This document shows positions 1 to 7,991 of a DNA stretch of 64,000 nucleotides, piece by piece. Each line of letters opens with the position of its first letter. The stretch's first letter is position 1. The position numbers and the translations under genes were made by a program. The stretch covers positions 1-64,000 of the IMG/VR virus record IMGVR_UViG_3300028197_001024. One strand, written 5' to 3'. This stretch comes from a virus. The notes beneath the pieces are model-generated. The model did not search any database. It saw only the letters and a list, made by a program, of their open reading frames with translations, and had not been told where the DNA came from.

Positions 1-1
1 A

Positions 2-307
2 GGTAAACAAGGTGGTCAAGGTACAACGGGTACAGCTACCCAAGGTATTCAAGGTAAACAAGGTGGTCAAGGTACAACTGGTACAGCTACCCAAGGTATT
101 CAAGGTAAACAAGGAGCTCAAGGTACAACTGGTACAGCTACCCAAGGTATTCAAGGTAAACAAGGTGGTCAAGGTACAACTGGTACAGCTACCCAAGGTA
201 TTCAAGGTAAACAAGGTGGTCAAGGTACAACTGGTACAGCTACTCAAGGTATTCAAGGTAAACAAGGTAGTCAAGGAACAACGGGTACAGCTACACAAGG
301 TATTCAA
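2..307 (+). repeat. Six tandem 51-bp (17-aa) coding repeats
   Basis: The unit ggtaaacaaggtggtcaaggtacaac(g/t)ggtacagctacccaaggtattcaa starts at 2, 53, 104, 155, 206 and 257, with minor variation. Confidence 0.95.
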
Positions 308-988
308 GGTAAGACTGGTGCAAACGGTTTATCTATACAAGGTATTCAAGGTATAAAAGGAGCTCAAGGTTTAATCGGTATAGGTCAACAAGGTGCTACA
401 GGTGCACAAGGTGCTACTGGTGGAGGTGGCTCAGGTGGTGGTAGATTACCTATAATGGCTAATCAATTTGTCATTAGAGAAATTTCAGAAGGTAAATATT
501 ATTGGGGTAGTAAACAACCAACAGCCGGTGGTTCTGGTGGATGGGCTGGAATGGATTGGGTTTCATCAAGCACTACTGCAGGAACAAGCTTAGATGCAGC
601 TACATTAGCAGCACACGGTGTTAAAGTTCCAATAGACGGAGTGGCTAGAGAAGAAAAGGGTGATGCAATAGAATTATGTATAACAATGGCAACCGACCCA
701 ACAAAAGGTGTGGATAGTGATTTAGCTGTGAGGTTTTACTTGCTTGTTTATCAATGCTATGTAAGAACATCAGTTACTTCTCATATTGCTAGTGGATCAG
801 TAGATTTATCTTTTAATACTAAAGTTGAGGATAGTATAGGAGATTGTGATAAACTAAGTGTAGTACCAGAAAGATGGGACAGCCCTTGTGATCTTTATTT
901 TGTTTTAGTTGCTCAACCAGGAACACCAACAAATGTCGAATACCTTTATGTTACTTATTCTGCTGCATATATAAATAATGCGGAATAA
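2..988 (+). CDS. Collagen-like (Gly-X-Y) fibre protein, 5'-truncated by the window edge, with a C-terminal globular domain
   Basis: The frame starting at nt 2 reads GKQGGQGTTGTATQGIQ repeats without a stop and runs in frame into the 455..988 ORF. Confidence 0.85.
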   Translation, partial: GKQGGQGTTGTATQGIQGKQGGQGTTGTATQGIQGKQGAQGTTGTATQGIQGKQGGQGTTGTATQGIQGKQGGQGTTGTATQGIQGKQGSQGTTGTATQGIQGKTGANGLSIQGIQGIKGAQGLIGIGQQGATGAQGATGGGGSGGGRLPIMANQFVIREISEGKYYWGSKQPTAGGSGGWAGMDWVSSSTTAGTSLDAATLAAHGVKVPIDGVAREEKGDAIELCITMATDPTKGVDSDLAVRFYLLVYQCYVRTSVTSHIASGSVDLSFNTKVEDSIGDCDKLSVVPERWDSPCDLYFVLVAQPGTPTNVEYLYVTYSAAYINNAE

Positions 989-1002
989 TTAATAATAGCA
1001 TA

Positions 1003-1203
1003 ATGAGAATATTTAGATTTATAAAAGCTTTAATAAAGTATATCTTTATAGGTAGTCAAGTAGAGCAGAGAGAATATGATTTAAGATTAGAAATATGTTC
1101 TAATTGTAAAGATAGATGTGGTAGGAAATGTTGTTTGTGTGGATGTTATTTAAGTAAAAAGGCACAATGGTCAACAGAAAGTTGCCCTAAAAATAAATGG
1201 TAA
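1003..1203 (+). CDS. Small Cys-rich protein (DUF6171-like)
   Basis: Pattern Y..RL..CxxC...CxxCGC...CP..KW. Confidence 0.6.
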   Translation: MRIFRFIKALIKYIFIGSQVEQREYDLRLEICSNCKDRCGRKCCLCGCYLSKKAQWSTESCPKNKW

Positions 1204-1205
1204 TC

Positions 1206-1340
1206 ATGGGATGTGGATGTAATAAAAAGGTAACTAAAGAAAAACCAGTTTCAAAAACCAAAGAAGTATTAAGAAAAATGTGGAAAAAAAGCCAAACGGT
1301 TGTAAAACCTTTAAATGTTAAGGAAATAAATAAACCATAA
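1206..1340 (+). CDS. 44-aa basic protein MGCGCNKK..., absent from the ORF track
   Basis: ATG at 1206 and TAA at 1338-1340, overlapping the next ATG (TAATG). It fills the intergenic gap exactly. Confidence 0.7.
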   Translation: MGCGCNKKVTKEKPVSKTKEVLRKMWKKSQTVVKPLNVKEINKP

Positions 1341-1555
1341 TGAAACTAAAAGCATTAGAAAATAAAAAATCGTGTATCTTTAGCGAAAAGCCATCATGCA
1401 TAAATGAATTAAAAGAATTGGCAGATTCTTTAGCTGATCGTGATGTATTAATTAAAAAGGATTATAAATTAGTTAAAACTATTATTCACGATAAATTACT
1501 TAATAATGCGCAAAAGATAAAGAAAATTAAATCATTAATCGATGGCATCAAATGA
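1340..1555 (+). CDS. Hypothetical protein
   Basis: ORF overlaps both neighbours, consistent with translational coupling. Confidence 0.6.
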   Translation: MKLKALENKKSCIFSEKPSCINELKELADSLADRDVLIKKDYKLVKTIIHDKLLNNAQKIKKIKSLIDGIK

Positions 1556-1874
1556 ATCCCAGAATGGATGGAATGAATATTCTAAACTTGTTATAGCAGA
1601 GTTAGAAAGATTGAATGGAGGGATTGAAAATCTTAACATGGAAATACAAGATCTTAAACGAGAAATTGCTGAAATGAAAGTCAAAGAAGATTTTGCAAAA
1701 GAACTTTGGAGATGGAAACAAAATATTGACGAGGTAGCTTCACCATCCCAATTAGACCAAACAGTAAAAGATGTTACTGATTTAAAAACATTTAAGACAC
1801 AAGCTATAACAGTATGGATTGTAGTACAGACATTATTTGGTATGGCTTTAGCTTTACTTAAATTCTGGAAATAG
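1542..1874 (+). CDS. Coiled-coil protein with a C-terminal transmembrane helix
   Basis: Heptad-rich N-terminus and hydrophobic C-terminus AITVWIVVQTLFGMALALLKFWK. Confidence 0.65.
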   Translation: MASNESQNGWNEYSKLVIAELERLNGGIENLNMEIQDLKREIAEMKVKEDFAKELWRWKQNIDEVASPSQLDQTVKDVTDLKTFKTQAITVWIVVQTLFGMALALLKFWK

Positions 1875-1891
1875 TAAAATTTAAATTATAC

Positions 1892-1925
1892 AAAAAAGAT
1901 TTGAATTAACTTTCAGATCTTTTTT
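1892..1925 (+). terminator. Intrinsic terminator, possibly bidirectional
   Basis: AAAAAAGATTTGAA-ttaact-TTCAGATCTTTTTT. Confidence 0.75.
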
Positions 1926-1963
1926 AGTTTTGTTATATTTAAATAAATAATAAAATAACAAAT

Positions 1964-2302
1964 ATGATAAACGATTGGAATGATTCAGATCCTGATGATG
2001 GTTTTAACCCACAAGATCATGATATTGAAATAGATGAGATCGCCAAAATGTATGCAATGGCAGATATGGAAGAAGAACAAAAAATATGGGCAAAGAAACA
2101 AGCTGAAAAGTTTTATGCTGACTTTGACAATTTAAGTATAGAAGAATCTGTACTAGCAGTAAAGTCTTTAGTAAAAACTAAAAACGTTACTTTATCAGAA
2201 GCAAATACATTATTAGATAATATGATCCAGGTATTTCAAGAAGATGAAGAATTTGAAAGATGTCATATTTGCCTACAAATTAAAAATGGTATCAATGATT
2301 GA
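1964..2302 (+). CDS. Acidic hypothetical protein with a C-terminal UVR-like motif
   Basis: Ends in EDEEFERCHICLQIK. Confidence 0.6.
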   Translation: MINDWNDSDPDDGFNPQDHDIEIDEIAKMYAMADMEEEQKIWAKKQAEKFYADFDNLSIEESVLAVKSLVKTKNVTLSEANTLLDNMIQVFQEDEEFERCHICLQIKNGIND

Positions 2303-2585
2303 ATTTAATTCACAAAATCTAGAAGACCTTGAAGAAGAAGCAAGGCACCGAGCAACTGAAGTATCTATTGCTATAGTACAAGGTATATGTAATGGTTTAG
2401 ATCAAGGCGCTGATGTAGTAGCGTTAGGATTTATGAAATCACAGAATTTAGATATAAATATAGATAAAGACAATTACTTAAATGCTCTTACTTTAAACTT
2501 ACCTAGAGTAGAAGAAGCTGAAGAATTTGAATTATGCCAACGAGCAGTTAAGTGGATAAGCCACCTTAACTCAGAAGAAGTATAA
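2295..2585 (+). CDS. Hypothetical protein with a C-terminal UVR-like motif
   Basis: Likely start is ATG 2295, overlapping the end of the previous gene. Ends in EEAEEFELCQRA. Confidence 0.6.
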   Translation: MIEFNSQNLEDLEEEARHRATEVSIAIVQGICNGLDQGADVVALGFMKSQNLDINIDKDNYLNALTLNLPRVEEAEEFELCQRAVKWISHLNSEEV

Positions 2586-2634
2586 GTGAGATAGATGCAC
2601 TTTATTGCTATCACCTATTATTTTATAATTACTT

Positions 2635-2669
2635 TAAACAACTCTTTATATAATCAATATAATAATAAA
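2635..2669 (+). promoter_or_regulatory. Putative middle promoter (AAAC-N17/18-TATAAWAATAAA class)
   Basis: TAAAC-18 nt-TATAATAATAAA, one of 12 copies in the window. Confidence 0.7.
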
Positions 2670-2675
2670 TAAGTT

Positions 2676-2903
2676 ATGAGTTTAAGAGATGATATGAAAA
2701 TTAATTGGGAGTATAATGATACAGAATTTATACCTCCTAAAAATCCTTTATTAAGCAAAAGGTTGGTTATTGAGAATCTGAATCAGATTTTAGATCTTTT
2801 GGAAAAAGGTAATGATGGAGAATCACCTTATCTAGCGGCAGAGAGAATTTCATCTCTTATATCCAATATTAAAGACGACAAATTAAAACCTGGTAACCTT
2901 TAG
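2676..2903 (+). CDS. Hypothetical protein
   Basis: ORF directly downstream of the promoter motif. Confidence 0.6.
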   Translation: MSLRDDMKINWEYNDTEFIPPKNPLLSKRLVIENLNQILDLLEKGNDGESPYLAAERISSLISNIKDDKLKPGNL

Positions 2904-2904
2904 C

Positions 2905-3013
2905 AAATTGTTAATAACTTTTTTCATTTTTAGAGAAAAAAGTCTACGAAAAATTTTTATTTCCCAATTTTTTTTATTATATTTATATATAACAAATTTA
3001 TAAAAACGGAAAC
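2905..3013 (+). promoter_or_regulatory. Conserved leader / putative early promoter, copy 1
   Basis: Shares AAATTGTTAATAACTTTT, TTCCCAATT-N3-TTTATTATATTTATA and ACGGAA with 63888..63981. Confidence 0.7.
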
Positions 3014-3586
3014 ATGGATAACACATTCTACAAACAAATCGGAGACTACAAAACATCAAAAGACCCAGTATTAGGTAACCTAAGATTGGTCGTTCACCTT
3101 GCAAAAAAATATCAAGGTATGGGACTATCATTAGAAGATCTAATCCACGAAGGTACAATTGGATTATGCCAAGCAAGAGACAAATGGAACCCTTCAAAAT
3201 CAAACGGTGCAAAATTCTCCACTCACGCATCATGGTGGATCAAGGCAACAATTCGCCAAGCACTAAACAACAAAAGCCGTACCATCCGCGTACCTGCTCA
3301 TAAGACTCATATCCCTGATGCTGCACCTAAAGTATCTGTATTAGATGCTACTTATCAAGGTTCTTATCAACCACACATAGAAAAATCACATGATGAATCA
3401 CATCTGAATCATACTATTGCCGGTTTACTTACTAAACTAAAACCTAAGCAACAAGAAATCATTAAAATGAAATTCGGTATTGGTTGCCATGAAATGAAAA
3501 CTTCTGAAATCGCAAAAGAACTCGGCTTAACTGTACAAGCAGTAAATGGAAATATCCGAAATGCTATTAAAACCATGAAAGGATAA
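3014..3586 (+). CDS. Phage-encoded sigma-70 family factor (regions 2 and 4)
   Basis: NLRLVVHLAKKY, DLIHEGTIGL, KFSTHASWWIKATI, and a region-4 HTH TSEIAKELGLTVQAV. Confidence 0.92.
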   Translation: MDNTFYKQIGDYKTSKDPVLGNLRLVVHLAKKYQGMGLSLEDLIHEGTIGLCQARDKWNPSKSNGAKFSTHASWWIKATIRQALNNKSRTIRVPAHKTHIPDAAPKVSVLDATYQGSYQPHIEKSHDESHLNHTIAGLLTKLKPKQQEIIKMKFGIGCHEMKTSEIAKELGLTVQAVNGNIRNAIKTMKG

Positions 3587-3587
3587 T

Positions 3588-4097
3588 ATGATACCAAGAA
3601 TAAAATTATATGCCGAAACATTATACCCTTTACTTAAATGGTATTCCGAAAACCCAGAGGATACAGATACTAAATATGCAATATCTAGAATTATAAGGTT
3701 TTCATCAGATAATCCTAAACAACACGGTATTCCATATATGTATTCTTTAGGTGCATTGAAAGAAGCTAAGAAACTAGAAATACCTAATGCGGAAGAAAGA
3801 TTACAATGGGTAAGATGGAAAGAACAAAATCATAAAAGTGGACTAAGAGATGTTGGGCGACAAAATGGAACATTTCACCAAGAACATATTGTACCAGTTT
3901 CTCAGATAGCAAAAAAGCTTTATGCTTTAGAAAAAATAACAGTTAGCAAAATTCATAAAATCTTAGTTGAAAATCTTAAGATTGCTTGGATACTTAAAAC
4001 TGAACAGAAAACATTAGATGCCGTTTGTAGAAGCGGAGTAAGAACCCCAGAATTATTAACCTCCTTAAATATTCACATTAAAGGATTTAACATTTAA
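3588..4097 (+). CDS. Hypothetical protein, possible HNH-like nuclease
   Basis: Only the HQEHIVP motif supports the nuclease call. Confidence 0.45.
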   Translation: MIPRIKLYAETLYPLLKWYSENPEDTDTKYAISRIIRFSSDNPKQHGIPYMYSLGALKEAKKLEIPNAEERLQWVRWKEQNHKSGLRDVGRQNGTFHQEHIVPVSQIAKKLYALEKITVSKIHKILVENLKIAWILKTEQKTLDAVCRSGVRTPELLTSLNIHIKGFNI

Positions 4098-4099
4098 AT

Positions 4100-4936
4100 A
4101 TGCCAGAACTAGCAGAACTTAGATTAACCTCTGATTTTATTAATAAATCAGCAAACGGTTTAAAATTTGTAAACATTAAAAAGAACCCGATACATAAAGG
4201 TAAAGATATAGATGTACCTTTTAAGTTCTTTAGTATTTCATCGGAGAGTAGAGGAAAGGAACTTATGCTTACTATTTCAGACAATGATTCTAATGAAAAA
4301 ATGAATCTCTTAATGACTATGGGAATGAGCGGTCATTTTGCTCATACAAATACAGGTAATGAAAAAAAGCATTCTCATTTAATGTTTATTGAAAAAGACG
4401 GTACTACATTATCATTTGTAGATGTTCGAAGATTCGGTAAATGGAAATGGGTTGATGATTGGTCTCCTAATAGAGGACCAGATCCTACTAAAGAGTATGA
4501 TGCTTTTACTGATAATATTATACACAATTTACATAAAGCTGCATTTAACCATCCTATACATACTGTACTGATGAATCAATCATACTTTAATGGAATAGGA
4601 AACTATCTCAGGGCAGAAATACTTTATCGCTTATCTTGGATTAATCCGTTTGCATCAGCAAGAGAAATTTTAAAAAGAGAACCTGATCTTTTTGTATTAT
4701 GTAGAGACATTCCTTTACAAGCATATAAATTAGGTGGAGGGCAACTTAAAGATTGGGAAAATCCATTTAGCACAGATCCTGAGCCTCTTAGAAAATTTAT
4801 GAGGTGCTATGGAAATCCAGAGATGTCTAAGAGAAAGGATAAAAATGGAAGAATGTTTTGGTATGATTCTAAGTGGAATGATGACGCATTATGGGATCAT
4901 TATAGCGGACTCCCAAATCCTTCTGCTTACGCCTAA
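4100..4936 (+). CDS. Fpg/Nei DNA glycosylase, NEIL1-like (zincless finger)
   Basis: N-terminal MPE, RGKEL, MGMSG, FVDVRRFGKW, H2TH FNGIGNYLRAEILYR, no 4-Cys zinc finger, C-terminal RCYG...DKNGRMFW. Confidence 0.9.
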   Translation: MPELAELRLTSDFINKSANGLKFVNIKKNPIHKGKDIDVPFKFFSISSESRGKELMLTISDNDSNEKMNLLMTMGMSGHFAHTNTGNEKKHSHLMFIEKDGTTLSFVDVRRFGKWKWVDDWSPNRGPDPTKEYDAFTDNIIHNLHKAAFNHPIHTVLMNQSYFNGIGNYLRAEILYRLSWINPFASAREILKREPDLFVLCRDIPLQAYKLGGGQLKDWENPFSTDPEPLRKFMRCYGNPEMSKRKDKNGRMFWYDSKWNDDALWDHYSGLPNPSAYA

Positions 4937-4968
4937 ACTAATGCACACTAATGCTATATAAAAATAAA
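4934..4968 (+). promoter_or_regulatory. Putative middle promoter
   Basis: TAAAC-18 nt-TATAAAAATAAA. Confidence 0.7.
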
Positions 4969-4980
4969 TCAAATATTTAT

Positions 4981-5475
4981 ATGGCAAACGTTGATAACAA
5001 GTGTAAGGATCTCACTGTAAGAGATTACTTTTCGGAAAACGGTTATACTGATTCTAAAAATTCATTAGAAGATCTTTATTCATTACAAGCAAAAACACAA
5101 TCTATGTATTTTGAAAAACAAGGTAAGAAACCTTTTTCAGAATATAATATAGGTGATGTGATAGATTTTTTAATGGTCACTAATCATGCAATCATTGATG
5201 AGTTACATGAAATGGTAGATGCAGTTGGAGGAATTGAAGATGGTGAAGGGAATGCAGCATGGAAACCGTGGAAATCTAAGAATCCTGAAATAAGAAAACA
5301 AAAACTATCTGATTTAACCCCAGGTGATTTAAAAGAATTAAAAATGGAATGGATTGATGTAATGCATTTTGTATTTAATGCAGGGTTGGCAATCGGTGTT
5401 ACTCCTAACGAATTCTATAATCTTTACTTAAGTAAGAACGAGGAAAATTGGAATCGTCAAAAAAACAATTATTAA
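4981..5475 (+). CDS. Dimeric all-alpha dUTPase/dCTPase (T4 gp56-like)
   Basis: DELHE, WKPWK, EWIDVMHF, KNEENWNRQ..Y. The start was moved to 4981 because 4951 lies inside the promoter motif. Confidence 0.85.
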   Translation: MANVDNKCKDLTVRDYFSENGYTDSKNSLEDLYSLQAKTQSMYFEKQGKKPFSEYNIGDVIDFLMVTNHAIIDELHEMVDAVGGIEDGEGNAAWKPWKSKNPEIRKQKLSDLTPGDLKELKMEWIDVMHFVFNAGLAIGVTPNEFYNLYLSKNEENWNRQKNNY

Positions 5476-5495
5476 TAAATCTATATAAAAATAAA
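5463..5495 (+). promoter_or_regulatory. Putative middle promoter
   Basis: AAAC-17 nt-TATAAAAATAAA. Confidence 0.65.
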
Positions 5496-5497
5496 AT

Positions 5498-6904
5498 ATG
5501 CTTTTAGATATTACACAAGAAGATAAACAATTATTTGTTTCTTATTTTAATCTTGATGGAAAAACGAGATTTAAGACTTATGATCTTAAGACAGAAGATA
5601 TGTTTAATTGGGAAGTTTGTGATGATGCAGATCCAAAGGCAGATTCAAAAATAAAAAACTGGGATGGCCGATCTGTTAAAAAAGTAAGGTCACGATGGTT
5701 AAATAAGTATAGGATTATTGAATACATGGATCAGTTATCTTTTTCTGATAGAGAATTAATTTTTGGTTATCATTTTCCAAGAACTTATTTTGTAGATATT
5801 GAAGTTGAGGTAACTGACTCTTTTCCTGAGCCAAGTAAAGCACCTAACCCAGTTACTACAATCTGTATTGTTACTCCAGAAAAACAATGTATTGTTTTAG
5901 CAACAAAAGATCTAGATAATAAAACTCAAACTAAAATTCAAAATCAAATAGATGAACATTTTAAAAATATAGATGATGATTTTACTTTTACTTTTAAATG
6001 TTTTAAATCTGAGTATGATATGATGTCAACCTTTATGATGTCATTTGTACAAAAATTTCCAATGATGACAGGTTGGAATTATATTAAATTTGATTGGCAA
6101 TACATAATTAACCGATGTAAGAAATTAGGTGTTGATATTGGATCTGCATCACCTATAGGTAGAAATTTTGGTAGAGATGAATTTCCATGCCATGTAGGAG
6201 TAATGGATTATTTAGATATTTATGCAAAGTGGGATAGGACTGTTGATATTAAAGAAGATTTTAAATTAGATACGGTAGGAGAAGCAGTAGTAGGAATTAA
6301 GAAAGTTAAATATGAAGGTACTATTCAAGATATGTATGAAAAAGATTATCCTAAATATGTTTTCTATAATGTAATTGATACAGCATTAGTTTATCTTATT
6401 CATCAAAAGATTAAGACAATGGATATTGCATTAACTATTGCCCATATGACTCAAATTAGTATATTTAAAGCAGCCTCACCAGTAGCAATTACTGAAGCGC
6501 TATTGGCAAGAGAATTTTTAACTAGGAATTTAGTAATGGCAAAAGATCCTAAAGCTCCACCTGCGAAAAGAGAACAGTTTGAAGGCGCATTTGTAAAAGA
6601 ACCAATTACTGGTATGCATAATGCTGTTGCTGCATTTGATTTTGCTTCTCTATATCCTTCTATTATGAGGCAATTAAATGTATCACCTGAAAGTTTTAAG
6701 AAAAAGGTATCACCAGAAAAAAGAAATGATGAAAGAGGAGAGAATAATATTGTATCAGTTACAGGTGCTGTGTACGATACCGAGAGATCTATATTAAAAG
6801 ATGTTCTTACTAGGTTATATGATCAAAGAAAAGAATATAAGAAAGAATCTTTTAGACTACAGCAAAAAGCATATGATTTAGAACAAGAACAGAAAAGGTC
6901 TTAA
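5498..6904 (+). CDS. gp43A: Family B DNA polymerase, N-terminal subunit (3'-5' exonuclease, motif A, first finger helix)
   Basis: DIEV (ExoI), GWNYIKFD (ExoII), YNVID (ExoIII), FDFASLYPSI (motif A). The ORF ends shortly after RKEYKK. Confidence 0.93.
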   Translation: MLLDITQEDKQLFVSYFNLDGKTRFKTYDLKTEDMFNWEVCDDADPKADSKIKNWDGRSVKKVRSRWLNKYRIIEYMDQLSFSDRELIFGYHFPRTYFVDIEVEVTDSFPEPSKAPNPVTTICIVTPEKQCIVLATKDLDNKTQTKIQNQIDEHFKNIDDDFTFTFKCFKSEYDMMSTFMMSFVQKFPMMTGWNYIKFDWQYIINRCKKLGVDIGSASPIGRNFGRDEFPCHVGVMDYLDIYAKWDRTVDIKEDFKLDTVGEAVVGIKKVKYEGTIQDMYEKDYPKYVFYNVIDTALVYLIHQKIKTMDIALTIAHMTQISIFKAASPVAITEALLAREFLTRNLVMAKDPKAPPAKREQFEGAFVKEPITGMHNAVAAFDFASLYPSIMRQLNVSPESFKKKVSPEKRNDERGENNIVSVTGAVYDTERSILKDVLTRLYDQRKEYKKESFRLQQKAYDLEQEQKRS

Positions 6905-6922
6905 ATAAATAAACAACACTAA

Positions 6923-6959
6923 ACTAAACTACTTATGCAACTTCTGTTGCATATTTAGT
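6923..6959 (+). promoter_or_regulatory. Stem-loop in the nrdB leader
   Basis: ACTAAA..TATGCAAC-ttct-GTTGCATA-TTTAGT, with no U-tract after it. Confidence 0.45.
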
Positions 6960-6976
6960 CAAAAAGAAAAATAACA

Positions 6977-7972
6977 ATGAGCAAACTTTTTACTGAACGC
7001 GTCGAATATAAACCTTTTGAATTTCCAGAATATTATTTAGATGGATGGTTACCACAAGCACAAGCATTTTGGTTACATACTGAAATATCAATGCAAGGAG
7101 ATTTAAAAGATTGGAATGAAAATATTAAGCCCCATGAGAAGAATTTAGTTGGAAATATTCTTTTAGGATTTGCTCAAACTGAATGCGCAGTATCTGATTA
7201 TTGGACAGGAATGGTTACAAAATGGTTTCCTAAACATGAGATAAGACAAATGGCAATGATGTTTGGATCTCAAGAAACAATCCATGCAGTTGCTTATAGT
7301 TACTTAAATGAAACTTTAGGACTTGAAGATTATACTGCATTTTTACATGAACCTTCGATGGCTGATAAATTTGACTTCTTAATGTCCACTAATGCTGATT
7401 ATACAGATAAAGATTTATTAGAAAGCAAAGATGCAAGAAAAGAAGTTGCTAGAAGTCTTGCAATATTCTCTGCATTTGCGGAAGGTGTAAGCTTATATAG
7501 TTCTTTTGCTGTTCTTTATTCTTTTCAGATGAGAAACTTATTAAAAGGTATCGGTCAGCAAATGAAATGGTCTGTAAGAGATGAATCATTACATTCTAAA
7601 ATGGGTTGTAGATTATTTAATCACATGTGTTCCGAAGATAAAACATTAAGAGAAGATGTTAAGGAATCGGTTTATGAAGCTGCAAAATTAATTGTAGATA
7701 TGGAACATAATTATATTGATAAGATTTTTGAAATGGGTGATATTGAAAATTTAAAAGCATATGATTTAAAGAATTTTATTTACAGAAGAACAAACGAAAA
7801 ATTACAAGAATTAGGATTAGATCCAATATTTGAATATGATGAAAAATCTGCTGATGCGCTAGATTGGTTTTATCATTTAACAGGTGGGCATACGCATACT
7901 GACTTTTTTGCAATCAGACCAACTGATTATGCTAAAGCAGGTGAAGGTGATGATTGGGACGATATTTGGTAA
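6977..7972 (+). CDS. nrdB: Ribonucleotide reductase class Ia beta subunit
   Basis: AFWLHTEI, QETIHAVAY, EGVSLYSSF, RDESLH, HTDFF. Confidence 0.97.
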   Translation: MSKLFTERVEYKPFEFPEYYLDGWLPQAQAFWLHTEISMQGDLKDWNENIKPHEKNLVGNILLGFAQTECAVSDYWTGMVTKWFPKHEIRQMAMMFGSQETIHAVAYSYLNETLGLEDYTAFLHEPSMADKFDFLMSTNADYTDKDLLESKDARKEVARSLAIFSAFAEGVSLYSSFAVLYSFQMRNLLKGIGQQMKWSVRDESLHSKMGCRLFNHMCSEDKTLREDVKESVYEAAKLIVDMEHNYIDKIFEMGDIENLKAYDLKNFIYRRTNEKLQELGLDPIFEYDEKSADALDWFYHLTGGHTHTDFFAIRPTDYAKAGEGDDWDDIW

Positions 7973-7991
7973 TAATTAAAAACAAAAAGAA

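Noticed and set aside
2-307. Regular repeats as a possible CRISPR array
   Set aside because: The units are contiguous with no unique spacers, are a multiple of three in length, and vary mostly at synonymous sites.
12-356. 114-aa ORF with VKVQLVQL repeats
   Set aside because: It is an off-frame reading of the collagen repeat. The Gly-X-Y frame continues into 455..988.
2586-2615. Weak hairpin after the 2295..2585 ORF
   Set aside because: Pairing is imperfect and there is no clear U-tract, so it was not called as a terminator.
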